This document shows positions 45,110-58,072 of a stretch of DNA of 64,000 nt, piece after piece. Position numbers and translations under genes: made by a program. This stretch comes from the human T2T-CHM13v2.0 reference genome, Homo sapiens. Positions within the stretch are counted from its first letter, which is position 1. Each line of letters opens with the position of its first letter. The notes beneath the pieces were generated by a model. That model saw nothing but the letters and a program-made list of their open reading frames with translations. It was not told the origin of the DNA and searched no databases. Where the stretch lies: the NCBI RefSeq assembly GCF_009914755.1, contig NC_060930.1; one strand, given 5' to 3'.

Positions 45110-45975
45110 GAAGGCCGTCCGGAGGCGCGTACAGGGGACACGGGGATCTACCTGGAGGAAGAACTGAATTTGTCTTTTCTAGTTCAAAAAAGCCTTCCCG
45201 AACTCTTAGCAAACAAGCCAGTGATCGCCTCCTCGCCTTCGCCACTTCAGTTCAGCCTCTTTAGTCCCCATGGAGAGCCGGGATGAACTAGCCCGGCGCG
45301 CTCCAGCGGTCTCGGTCGGGGCCGCTGCTTCCCGGAAAGCCACTCCCTTTTTCTTTTCCCACCTGTGTTTCCATTTTCTTTGCCGAGTGTGAAACCAGCC
45401 GGCCACCCACCCGCCCCGCTCCGTCTCGTAGGTGCCTCCACAGAGCCAAACTTTGTACCTTCTGGGGATGGAGGGGGATCCCCCAGCAATCAGACACTAC
45501 CGGCGAGCCAGCCCCGGGGAGGGGCGACTGGTGGACCAGGCGCCAGACCTTCCCGGGCGCGCAGCCCACGGGCCCTGGGGCGCGCCCACGCCAGAGCCCG
45601 GCCCTCGCGCGGCAGCCCGCGGGACGTCACCTGGGTGCTCGCGTCCTCCCCGCGCGGCGGACAGCCCGGGCGCCCTTCCTCTCTGCGGGACTGCAGGTCT
45701 ATCCGCTAAGCGCGCGTGACCAAAAACGGCTCTCAGCGGGTCCCAGCTGACGGAAGGTGGGGGAGGAGTGCGAGGGTCTCTGAGACAGGTTGGGAGCCAG
45801 CCCCACCTCCATTTCCAAAGCGGGGGTCCAGGCACAGGAACAGCCAAACGCCCGAACCAGCGGGGTTACCTTTGCCACTTCATCCAATCCGAGCATCGGG
45901 TGCGTCGTGCTCTTTTCTAGGAGCGTGGGGTGCCTTCGCGAATAAAATCTGAAGGCATCTCTGCTCTCGCGGAGC
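45110..45975. promoter_or_regulatory. CpG island; probable bidirectional promoter / first non-coding exon of MCHR2 (-) and MCHR2-AS1 (+)
   Basis: This is the only non-repeat GC- and CpG-dense stretch in the window. It has GC boxes (ccgccccgc ~45411, ggggaggggcg ~45516), a CRE-like GTGACGTC on the minus strand (45623-45630) and CCAAT ~45884. Minus-strand donor candidates: CAG|GTGGGA (45363), CAG|GTGACG (45631), AAG|GTAACC (45870). The AS1 assignment is from recalled locus annotation. Confidence 0.8.
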
Positions 45976-48789
45976 TTGTTCTTTCTTATTTTCAAGTGCT
46001 TATCTAGACTGGTAGTCACTAAAGTTCCTGTGAACATTTGTAGGTGTTTTCAGCTAAGCAGTAATAGAAACTCGACCTCCATTTTGTATGAACAAGTGTT
46101 TATTGATGTACCAAAGGTTTAAAGGAAGGGAAGGGGGAAAGGAGAGAGGAAAGAAGAAACCCATAATACCACCAAGGAACTTGTTTTGTTTTCACGAACT
46201 TTTAATCCACCCAGTACAACTGCTTTATAATGATCTTTAGCTTCATGCTTGCACCCTGATCAAATCTGCTGGCCTTAGTAGCTACTTAGCAAATAAGGTG
46301 ACAAGGACGAAGCTGGAGTTGGATCACTTTCCACCCAAGGGAGCCTCATACGATTTTGGAGACAGGCAGCCCGCCCCGCATTCCACCTCAGCTTTATCAT
46401 TTACTGTTAGGCATATGACCTCGGGCAGGTTCTTTAATGTTTCTCATCCTCAGTTGCTCATTTGGTACTACCAGAATTGTAAAACTGCCCTCCCAGGGAT
46501 GCTAAGAGGCTTCACTGGCTTGACATATGCAAAAGCCCTCAAATCAGGCCTGCCATGTAGTTAGTGCTCAATATGTGGTCCCTATGATAATTATAGTCAT
46601 TAGAGCACCTTTCAGAATCCTTCCTTCATCTATAAGATGAGTAGTCAGAGTGGCATGGCAAAATGTCCTGTATTTCACATTAAGTTAGGAAAATGAGAAA
46701 AACTTGAAAGGTTAGTGAAATTGGTTAAAATTTCAAAATTCAACAGATCAGAATTTTTAAAAGCAAGTGTAGAGTCAATGATTATACATTTCAGAACTGG
46801 AAGTCGCCTTAGAGTTAGTGTTTGTGCAAAAAGACATCATCTCTAAAATCTCTCAGAAAAATCAAGGAGATATGAGGATGGGAGATTAAATTTAAAGAGA
46901 ATTTGGATTTCAAAGTGGGAGATTTCAAAGCATCTCTTAGGAAAGAAAAACAAGAAGAAACACTTGACCCATTTATTAGGCTGATTATCTAAACGCCCTC
47001 TACAATACCCTTGTGGAAAAGCCTTTTCTAGTTCTCTAATAATATAAAAATTCAGTCCACTATAAGTTTATACACCTTATGTTTTTTTCCAAGTTAAAAT
47101 TTTGATGTATATTTTCCTGTTCAACTTTCCTATCCCTGACCAAATGTTAAGTCGTTTCAAAGAAAACTCAGAGTGGCTTGTCTTGAATTTCTCATTTGTA
47201 GGCAATCCATTTTAAAAAAGACAGGAATATTGGCAATGCCAATTTTTGCTACTTCAATTCTTTGTTCCAGTGATTGATAATGATGAGGATGATGATGTTG
47301 ACGAATTCTATCTAGTTGTGTACTCTAAATGAAGGATGAATAAATCTCATTTTGTTGTTGTTGCTAAATTGAAAAGTGAAGAATACTTTTTTTTTCTAGC
47401 CCAATATATTGTATTGTGTTTTATGGAGCATTGGTGGCTAAAAAGCCTGTGCTAGACGTCACTATTTAGGGAAATATTAGCATATGAGGCTTAATTGCAT
47501 CCTTGCTTATGTTTGACAATTTCTATTGGTGTCAATGGAGGATATGTGGCCTTACCTTACATTTTGGTGCCACTTTTTATGCATACTTTAAAAGGTATCA
47601 TTACATTATTTTTATAATAATTGGAAGGTACACAAGATGGGTGTTATCCCATTTTACTAATAAAGAAACTGAGGTTAAAAGTTAAAGTAAACCATAGACA
47701 GTGAAACAGAGGCTGAACCAGAAATAGAATCCCACCTAATTCTCACCCTGGACCTTGAGCTTTCTGATGAGGTAACATTCTTTAGATAGCAGTAGGAGAG
47801 CCAGAATGCCCAGTTAAAACCCCACCCCTGTAAAGTCCCTGCCTTTTTTTTCTCAGCTGGAAACTGGGAAGTTTGTCAGACAAAGCTCTTCAGGTTACTG
47901 GCAATTTATGTGCTGGGAGGTGGATTTGTGGGCAGAGCTCCGGCTGACCTGGTGTTGTCCTGCTATGGCTACAGACTTCTGACTATGCTTATCAGAAAAA
48001 CTTTCATTTGGTTCAAGGATTTTTGGTGAGTCTCATTAATTCTGGTTTTATAAAAATAAAAGAGATTGGTGCAATGACTGACCCCTCATGCTGATGAGAA
48101 TGAGGCTTATTGTGTTCCAAACGTGTATATACCATGGACTGCAGAGTGTCCGCAGCGGGTCCTGATCTCTATTCCTTCTCATTAAGGGATTGTTCAGGAA
48201 CATCTCTCTGCTGACTTGGCATGGCTTTCTTCTGAGGACCCAGGCTGTTCTTGAGCTCCTCACTGGCCTGGGCTGGGATATTACTTGTCTCTGCAATCAT
48301 CTGCTACCCAGCTTGGTCTTTGGCTCTGCACTTCCTCGAAGCACAGTCTCTGAGAACTTAGTCTTAATCATCCACTCCTATCAAAGCATCTGATTCCCTC
48401 CAAAATCCTTTGCAGAATCCTGACTGAGGCTCTCTAGGAAAATGATCTCTCTCTAAACTGAACCCGCTGTGTCCATATTGACTCTATAAGCTGAATTTTC
48501 ATTGAGTTTTCACAACAGAAGGGATTTTAAAGACCTATTAACAAGAAGAATTTCTGCTAGGAATCTAGTAGTGGGTTCCATTTAGATTATAATATTTTAA
48601 ATTGTCTCTCAGGCTGCAGCATCTCAGGAAATTAGCCTGAATTAGGAAATTCTCAGAAAGTTAGTCAGATGTCATTTTGTGCCCACTAACATAAGCATTG
48701 CATAAAAAGCAGTGAGATATTGCAGTGTTTCCAAAAGTGTGTTCTGTGGAGCACTAGTTCCATGAGATGATCCATAAACAAAGAGTTTT

Positions 48790-49222
48790 GTTGTGAGACA
48801 ATTGTTGGTCCTAGCTCTTTAACCCCTCCTTGGATCCACTCCTTGCAATGGCCTCACCATGGATGGAGCATATTTCATCACTCCCTGACTTTGGGCTTGG
48901 CTATGTGACTTGCTTTGTCCAGTTGAATATGGATTACAGACACAGTATGACAATTTTAGGAGTAGGACTTAAGAAACTTAGTGCATTTTCACTGCCTCTT
49001 TTGTACCTCTGGCATTGTCCAAGAAGAACATGTCCTGGCTAGCCTGCTAGGCCAAGGAGGATGAGAGAAGCATAGAAAACACAAATTCCCAGGCCTGCTG
49101 CTTGAAGCAGAAGTGTTCCAGTCAAACTTCAGCTCTGTGAGAATAAATGAAGATTGTTCTGAGACACTGAATTTTGGTGTGGTTTGCCATCTGGAATTAT
49201 TGTGGCAGTAGATAACTAATAT
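48790..49222 (+). mobile_element. MLT1 (G/H/I-like) LTR nested in a hAT-type MER (~48722-49340)
   Basis: gactttgggcttggctatgtgacttgctttg, AATAAA at ~49142 and an MLT1 terminus. Confidence 0.6.
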
Positions 49223-52200
49223 AATAGTCAAAAGAGTTTGGGACACATATAACTCCCTCTTCTCAGAGTCATAACCCACATTAATATATTAAAGGCTCTG
49301 AGAAGGACTGCATTATTTCATTACTTCCCAAACTCATTTCATTTTTTACCTTTATATTATAATAATATTATATAAAATATACACTTTAGATTAAAAAAAA
49401 AAAACAAAGAAGAGCAGTTTGCCTAAGTCCTAAACTTGCTATTAAGAAACGTGGATGAACTCTTAGAACAACTGACAATGATTTTCAAGCCTTACCAATC
49501 AATCAGATTCATAAAGTTTACTTACTAGTAAATCCCCATTTACCTTCTCATGGCTGCTGAATTTCACATCAGTGACTTGTCTGGTATGGCTCTAAATTTC
49601 TAAATGAGTAAGAATTATTTTCCACTTCTGGTGCTAGCCAAATTTCAGAATGATTTTATAATCAGTATAAAGAACATTCATTTTTTAAGTAAATGACCAA
49701 TGAATTATATTGATCAATTTTAATTAAATTCTTTTTTTCAAATAACATGACTAATATTTGCTATTAAAATTACTTAGCAGCTATGTTGGTGTTAAAAATG
49801 AGAATGAATAACCTAAAATACTGGCTGATCTCTTTTTCTCTTAATTTTTGAGAAATGGGGAGCACTTTCAGGAGAATTCTTTTTCAAGCTTAGTCACAAT
49901 GCCAAGGCTTGGGACTGCTTTCAAGCACAAAAGAAAACACATGGGTTTCAGGAAACATATAGAAAACACCTCCTTTTTCATTTAATTTGGTAACTATGAT
50001 GCATTGTTGATATCTGTTTATATTCCCTAAGGGGCCTTGGCCTGTGCTTTCATTTCAAACACAGGTGCTCATGTTCAACACCATTGGCAGTGATGTTTGT
50101 ACAAGAATTTATTTCTTTCCAACTTCTTGAAGAATGGTCATAGCTTATCATATAAGCTGTCTCAGTAAGCATAAAACATTATGACCTGGAATGTCTTAAA
50201 ACAAAGTGAAAAATCAGTTGACCTTTTATACTTTTCTTCCTTCTTCTAAGTGGACTTCTTTCTTCTCACTATATTTGCCCCTAGCTGGCTGGTCTATGGT
50301 AAGGTGCTATCTATTAACTAAAGCGTTAGTAAAATTCTTTCATTTTAAAAATCTTTCATTTTATAAGTGGTACTTTTAAAAGACATTTATTTCCAATAAT
50401 AAAATGCTTGGAGAATTATTCCAGATACTAGGGGTACAAAGATGAACAAGATATCATCCCTGCCAATGAGGACCTTCAAATCTTGTGGTGAAAATAAACA
50501 CATGAATAGTTACAGTGCAAATGAAATGAAAGTATGATATGCATTCTTAAGATAGAAGTAAGACATGTTAATTGAGTATTCTTAAAGTAAGTCATTTTTA
50601 TGAGTTTGCTCATGTTGGCTAGCAGAATTGTGATGTGTTAGTGAGTTGAGGTATACAGCCTAGTTTTTATTCTTTGAAAAAACATGAAGGGTGCTTTACC
50701 TTGGGTTCTAAGAGAGATAATCACCACGATTCACTGTGAACTACTGCCTTTAATATTTGGAATGAGAACTACATACTCTACTAAACAGTTTTCCTAAGCC
50801 TAGTTATAGATAATAAACTATGTATAATATAAATAGAGAAAGTGGATGTTAATATCCAACTCCATCCTTAGGAATTATGAGAAACTTTGAGGAAACAAAT
50901 TTAAATGAACTGTCTTTGGCTTAATCCACTCTGTATTTCTCCTGCTGCATCAGGTTCCGTAACCCTCTGCTATGTCTCCAGTGCTTCTTGGGCTAAGGTA
51001 GAAATACCAGGGCTGGTTTTCAGTCTCAATTAATTTGCACAAGTTTCGCTTTGGCTTCAGAGTTTATAGGGATAATTACCTCCCCAAATGCTCTGGGAAA
51101 TGCATGCTCTTATTACAAGGGTTACCATATATCTCAGTTTATCTGGGACAATCCCAATTAATGCCTACTGTTCTGGTGGGACTATTAGTTATATCTTATG
51201 CCAGTGTAATGGATTAACGGGGCAGCCACCTATTAGTCCTGCTCACCCTGTGGGAAAGGGATGGGAGTGTTATAGTCTGCTCCCTTTGTCTTTGAGATAA
51301 CAGCTGAAAACAGAGCAGAAATGTGGGTGCCATGAAATTTCCTGTGTGCACATTAATATCTTTCTTGGGGGGCAGTAGCTCAGAATTCTAAGGTTTTACC
51401 ATTTCATGTCCCCATCAAATTAGCCTCATATCCTTTACCTCCCATGCATTCATTCTTTGAGAGTGAAATGTTTAAATGCCTGCATTTAATATTTACATTT
51501 GTTTTTTGAATTATTTTTGAATTATAATGATTTATAAATAATTTATAAATGACCTTCATTTTACTGGAATAGATATTCAGAGAATGATTTAATTTACTCA
51601 GTTTTAGTGTAGCACCACCATAAATCCAAAGGGAAATTGAAGAGAACTCACTGGTTTACTGTTTCTCAATCTTGGTGAATTTCATCTCTTTATTTCAAAG
51701 ATACATTGTGTCCTTGTGTATTGAGTAAAAATAGCTCCACTATCTAATAACAAAGGCATACTGTATTTGACAAATTCCAGATTATAAAACATGTTTATAG
51801 TGGAATTGATAAAATTCATAGTAGCAGTACAGTAGGGAAGACAGATCTATGTAATGGGTCTAGGTATGGATTGGAATCAAGTCTAAAGGCCCCTTGTGTA
51901 AGTTGTGTGCTTTGAGGGAAGTCATTTAATGTTTTTGAGCCTCAACTTCATTATGGATAAAATGAGGAAGTAAAACTTGCCCTACCCACCTCATAAGGCA
52001 ACAAATGTGATTAATGTAAAAATAATTTATCCAATGCAAAGCACTATGTGATCATAAGTGGTAGCAGAGAGCTCTGTCCTTCAGGCTATTTAGAGGTATT
52101 ATACTCACAGAAGAAAAGATATCCACTTGAAAAGTGAGATTTCGTAGTCTATCTCTCTTTCCATTGGCAGTTCCATTCCCCCTATACAGACTAAAGCTCA

Positions 52201-52472
52201 AACAAGTTCAAGCCAACAAGAATTTGTCAGGAACTGATCAGGATACAGCAATGGGTTTGAGGTGGGCAGAAACTGCTAGTCAATGGGGCATTTCAAAGAT
52301 GCTAGTGTTTGCAAATTCTGTACCACTGGTTCCTACTCTTGCCAGTGCCTGAACTTGATTTGGTTATAAAGATAAATAAGACATGGTTCTGCTCTAGGGA
52401 GCCCACAATTCAATGAGGGAGACAGACATACACAAGTTAATTTCAATATAATGTAATAAAGAGTATAATTTT

Positions 52473-52621
52473 TTTTTTCATCTTCAGCTGACAAGTTTAT
52501 TTAATCCCTGAACCTGGATCCAAGGCATCTCCCTGTAGAAAACATCAGACCGGGGCAGAGATTGACAAAGCAACCCAAAGCAGCAGCTGCCAACGGCCGC
52601 TGTGCCCACCTCATCAGCAGC
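52473..52621 (-). pseudogene. 5'-truncated processed retrocopy of an mRNA 3' end (parent not established)
   Basis: Perfect 16-bp TSD TAAAGAGTATAATTTT at 52457-52472 and 52622-52637, followed by AA. Short poly(A) on the minus strand, with AATAAA (plus-strand TTTATT 52496-52501) 17 nt from it. The body does not resemble Alu, L1 or SVA. Confidence 0.75.
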
Positions 52622-53776
52622 TAAAGAGTATAATTTTAAAAAAAGTCACAGAAGAATGTGGAGACACTTAGCAAAACGGACTCTCATAAGGTAAGTTTAA
52701 AGAAAGATTTCAGGTGCCAACGATATTGTGTATGTCTGAAAGCCTTCTGTAATGATCATTATGGCACAGTTCTCAGGTGTAACAAAGGGTCAGAGATTAC
52801 ACCTCCTTGCTCCTAGCATAAAAATAACAACCACAGATTTTGTTGTAGAACACACCAGTGCCTAATACCTCATTCGGTCAATTACTTGCTACATTTCTGA
52901 GCTTCAGCTTCTTCATCTGTGGTGCAGGGGTAATCATATCTACCTCAGTCTACTGGAATGTCAGCTCTACAAGGGCAGGGACTTTGGCCTCTTTTGTTTA
53001 TTACTGTGTCTCCATCACTTAGAACATGGTAAGCACTATGGATGTTACCTTATATAGGAAGTACTTACCTGGCCCATGGTAAGTACTCAATAAATATTAA
53101 TAGTTGTGGAATTTGTTTCGTAAATGAAGGTAGCTATTCATCTCCCAATCACCATTTTTTTTTCCTAATTTTAATGAAGATCCACAGTAGAGTCAAGGAG
53201 ATATTGGACCAGGTCCACTGGTTTACTCTTTGCTTCTCAATCCTGACCAATTTCACCTTTTTGTCTTTCAAGTATGTATTTCAAAGGTACATAGTGTCCT
53301 CGTGTATTTAGTAAAAATGGCTCCATTACACAAGACACAGGCAAAAGGCAATGGACAGACCATGCTCATGATGCTTCCCCGTGTATATCCATGTGGTCTG
53401 CCATGCTGCAATGTCCTTCCCCGTTGAGAAATTTGCAAGGATCTGAAGACTCAGGTCTGTATATAGAAAGGGTATCATCAAATATGCTTACTTTTTCTGT
53501 TTTTCAATGTTTGGAGTCTCTGTTTTTATAAGTGTACAGTTATTCTGAAAACAACCTTTTCCCAAATTGTCAGAGAAAAAACTGTGACTATGCTAGAGTA
53601 GTTCATCCATCAAGCTACATCCTTTAAGTACTTTCTCATCTAAAGGATTGACAGATTGCACATTTCACTGGAAAGCTGTCACACAAATATTTCCCTGGAG
53701 AGTTGGTAGCTCCAGAGCTTGAGAGTCGGATCTCAGAACGGCAAATACCTCATTGAGAACTAGCTCTAACACCAAA

Positions 53777-53810
53777 TGCAGTTCTCCCGACTGGCCACTT
53801 GGTGGCAGTG
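53777..53810 (+). promoter_or_regulatory. Candidate CTCF site (core + upstream motif)
   Basis: TGCAGTTCTC, then 5 nt, then TGGCCACTTGGTGGCAGTG. The core is close to CCASYAGRKGGCRS and TGCAG sits at the usual upstream-module spacing. Confidence 0.5.
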
Positions 53811-54305
53811 CCAACTAAGTGCCAGCTCAAGCCATTAGATTGCACACAGGCATGTGATTCCTAACTTCTATTTATTCATTCAAATTTTAGGACCTACAAG
53901 TGGTTTTTGGTCAATCACATGGGCTAAGGCAAACTTTGCTTACTGACAAAGAGGCTACATGACAATTTTAAAATACATTTCTTACCCTAATTTATGACAT
54001 TATGTTAGGCCCCCAGTTAGGATACACCTGAAAAGGTGAATAATGGCAATTTCCTCAGTGTCTTTTAATAATCTCTATCTTGACATTATACATAGGTCAA
54101 ACATAATCCAGGTCCTATCCCAGAACTGGTTATTACCCTGAACTTCTCCACCTCATAAATCTTAAACTCTGTTCTCTGACCACAAACATCTATCTCTCCC
54201 TCTTTGCTGTTACAGCAAAGGTGTGCTTTCTCAGAGATCACAGTCTCTTGAGCCCTTCTCTTTTTTCCTGTTTTCCATGTTCCATAGTCCATCCTGCAAC
54301 CCTTC

Positions 54306-54668
54306 TGTGTTAGGGTTCTCCTGAGAAACAGAATGAATAGAATGTAGATGGTAGATACATAGATTAGATTAGAGCTAGATAGATATAGAGATAGATAAAG
54401 ACTTATCATAGAAATTGGCTCATATAATGATTGTGGAGACTGAAAAGCCCCACGGTCTGGCATCTGCAAGCTGGGAACCAGGAGAACTGGTGGTGTAACT
54501 CCTGGTCTAATTCCTTAAGTCCGGAGAACCAGGAGCTCCAATGTCCAGGGGCAGGAGAAGACAGATGCCCCAGCTCAAACGGGGACAGTGAATTCACCAT
54601 TAGTCCACCTATTTGTTCTGTGCAAGCCCTCAATGAATGGGATAATGTCCACCTGCATTGGTGAGGGC
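54306..54668 (-). mobile_element. MLT2B-type ERVL LTR (partial)
   Basis: tgtgttagggttctcc..gaaacagaa terminus, internal (GATA)n-like repeat, MLT2 body. Confidence 0.8.
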
Positions 54669-55233
54669 ATGGGCTCACTGCTGCACCTCTTTTGCTGTGA
54701 AGTGAGTTTCTGGATCAGAAACAATGCTGTGTGGAAAACCATGATGGTGGATAAGGCATTCTGTGAATCCACAGATGACAGTTTTGGCAGAGAAGCATTG
54801 CAGGTGAGAAAAGCAAGTTTGTATCCAAAGTAAGTTTCTATTTTAGTATGGACAAAACACTGCCCCTTCCATGATGGAACTGGTTCAGTGAAATCAACTT
54901 GCCTCCAGGTAGCTGGATGATAACCATGGGGAATGGTGTCATATTGGTGTTCAGTGTTGGTTTCTGCTGCTGGCAGATTGGGCACTCAACTGTGGCCATA
55001 TCCAAGTTGACTTTGGTGAGTAGAAGTCCATGTTGCCGAGCTCATGCATAACCACCATCTCTGCCATCATGGCTACTTTGTTAATGAGCCCATTGGCCAA
55101 TGACAGAAGTGGCAGGAAAGAAAGAGACTGACTGGTATCCACAGGACAGGTCATTCTATCTACTTGATTATTAAAATTCTCCTTTGCAGAGGTTACTCTT
55201 TGGCAGGCTTTCACATGGGACACAAATACCTTC
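54669..55233 (-). pseudogene. ERVL internal pol fragment (RNase H end / integrase N-terminal and core), degenerate
   Basis: Peptides VFVSHVKACQRVTSAKENFNNQVDRMT and TIPHGYHPATWRQVDFTEPVPSWKGQ resemble ERV-L RNase H and integrase. Confidence 0.8.
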
Positions 55234-55502
55234 ATTTTTTTGTTTGTTTGTTTTTGTTTTACTCATTCAGAGATGTTTCCTCTCTGTGTGTTGGCTCATT
55301 CTTTCCCAGGCTCCTTTGACAACCCTTTAAGTGTTGCTGGAATTCTTCCTTAGACTTATTTTCTCTCTATACAACCCCATGTGACCTCTTTTATGGCTTC
55401 AATTATCAATTATATACTGAAGAATATACTCCTGAAACAATATCTCTAGGCAGCTTGTCTAAACCTGAACTCCCCATTCCTTCATGTTTTCTACCAAGTC
55501 TT

Positions 55503-55777
<275 letters not shown>

Positions 55778-56784
55778 TTATTTACCAAGTCTTCTCATCC
55801 TTTATTCTTCATCTCATTAATGGTTCTGTTAACCACCTCGTTATCAAATTGGAAACCTAGAAGTCATGCTTTACTCCCTCTCTCTCACTTCACACATCTA
55901 TGTAGGCACCAAATTCAGTTAAATGTAGTACCTTTACATCTACTGAGATAGTTCACTTCTCCATCTCCATAGCCACTGTCTTAACTCAGGCTGTCTTCAT
56001 TTTCCCCCATAAATTACTGAATAAGTTGCTCATTCCTTGTCCCAACAAACCAATTCTCCAAACTCCTGCAAGAGGGAATTTCAAACAGGAAGATCTGATT
56101 TGCTTAAATTCATTTTTGGTTTTTCATATTGTTCAGCATAAACTCCTAAGCATAAAGTTTTGGAAATGCATTCTGAAAAAGTGAAACAAATGACAACTTT
56201 CTGAAGCTATTGGAAACTTAGATAAAATGTTTAACATTACAGAGAAAGTATTTGTTTTGTGGTAATGACATGAATTTAAATTTTGGTGGAGCAAGGCTTT
56301 GTGGTAAATATAACATTTGTATTAATATAAAAATCTATGGAGAAGAAATAAATTTGAAGCTGTTTGTCATGTACGGATAAACCATAATTGTATTCAAACA
56401 AACTATGATATCATATCTGTTAAAATAGAGTCTGTAGTTGTTGCAGTTTAAAGAGTTTAACATATCTTACATGGTTAATGTCATAAAATATTTGCTATGA
56501 AGTTGATGTTGAATAATAAAACAAGCTTTGACATGGCAAATTGCACTTTATCTCTTTTCTTCCCATCATCAATTGAATTTACAAGTGTTTTAGCCTTTGA
56601 AGAACTACTTTGCAAATCAATGTTAATGTTCTACAACAGCGTTCAACTTTTTGTAAATGAGCTTTTTAACCTTTTAGTATATTAAAAAGTCAACTGTACA
56701 TCTATCAATCATTAAACCATTCTGTGAATGTAATGCCAAAAAGTCAGCTTTGGCAGCATTTACTGAGTTGAAATTATTAAAAAG

Positions 56785-57765
56785 AAAGCCTGCACCCAGA
56801 TCCCAGATGTTGCTTTCTAAATATCATTCTCCAATAAAAGCAACCAGGGGTCCTTAGAGAAATGGTTGATGTCAGCAACTCTCAGTTTCGGCTAGGATTG
56901 GAACAGGGAAAATATAAGATGAGCTTGAAGCATTTGTAGCCCCAGGAAGCAAGGAAGAACCCCTAAAACAAAGGATAAAGGCATGCCGAAGGGACTAAAG
57001 AGCCAACCTGAAAGAGCTCCCAGTGGCCACATTGGAATAATTTGAAAAACAAAATAATAATAATGTTGGATTATTACTGAAAGCATAGTATGATTATACA
57101 TGAATCTGCACTGAATACATATATACAGTTCCCCTGGAATGGAAGTATAATTCCCTCCTCCTTGAGTATGGGCTGGGCTTCATGATTTTCTTCCAAAAAT
57201 AGAGCATGAAAAGGAAGAAAAATAATAACTTTATTGTAGAGAAACCTGGCAAACACTACCTTCAGCAAGTGATCATGGTTAACATCACTAGTGCTATGGT
57301 ATGTTGACACCATGTGATGAGGAAGGCATTTCACCTTTGTGGTATTCTCCCAATCCCATAACTCCAGTGCACCATAAGAAAAACATCAAACAAAAATCAA
57401 AGAACATTTTATAACATATCTGACCAGTACTCTTCAAAACTATCAAGGTCCTCAAAAATAAAGACAGACTAAGATGAGACTAAGGAGATATGATGACTAA
57501 ATGTAATGAGGTATCCTGGATGAGATCCTGGAACAGAAAAAGGACGTTAGGGAAAAACTAATGAAATCAGAATAAAGGGTGGAATTTAGTTAATAGCAAT
57601 GTACCAGTGTCGATTTCTTAGTTATGACAAGTGTACCATGGTTAAAGCATGATGTTAACAAAAGGAGAAACAGGGTGAAGGATATACAGGAATTCTTTGT
57701 ACTACTTTTACAGTTTTTATGTAACTCTAAAATTATTCTAAAAGAAAAAGTTGATTTAAAAAAGA
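56785..57765 (+). mobile_element. L1MC3/L1MC4-like 3' end
   Basis: ttctccaataaaagcaaccaggggtccttagagaaatggttgat; gagaaacctggcaaacactacctt motifs. Confidence 0.65.
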
Positions 57766-57795
57766 AAGCCTATAATATTGAAAATGTTAAATGCA

Positions 57796-58072
57796 TTAAT
57801 CCAGAATTTTGGGAGGCCAAGGTGGAAGGATCACTTGAGCCCAGGAGTTGGAGACCAGCCTGAGCAACATAGGGAGATGCCATCTCTACAAAAAAATTTT
57901 AAAAATTACCCAGGCGTGGTGGTGCACACCTGTGGTCCCAGCTATTCAGGCAGCTGAGGTGGGAGGATCACTTGAGCCTGGGAGGTCAAGGCTGCAGCAA
58001 GCCGAGATCACATCACTGCATTCCAGGCTGGGTGACAGAGCGAGACCCTGTCTCAAAAACAAAAACCAAAAA
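57796..58072 (+). mobile_element. AluJ
   Basis: ggatcacttgagcccaggag / gaggtcaaggctgcag J diagnostics. Confidence 0.85.

Noticed and set aside
45654-45670. REST/RE1-like GGACAGC in a neuronal gene promoter
   Set aside because: Only a partial right half-site; no CAGCACC left half at a valid spacing.
45043-46037. Cluster of overlapping Pro/Arg/Gly-rich ORFs
   Set aside because: Expected from stop-codon scarcity in a GC-rich CpG island; no recognisable domains.
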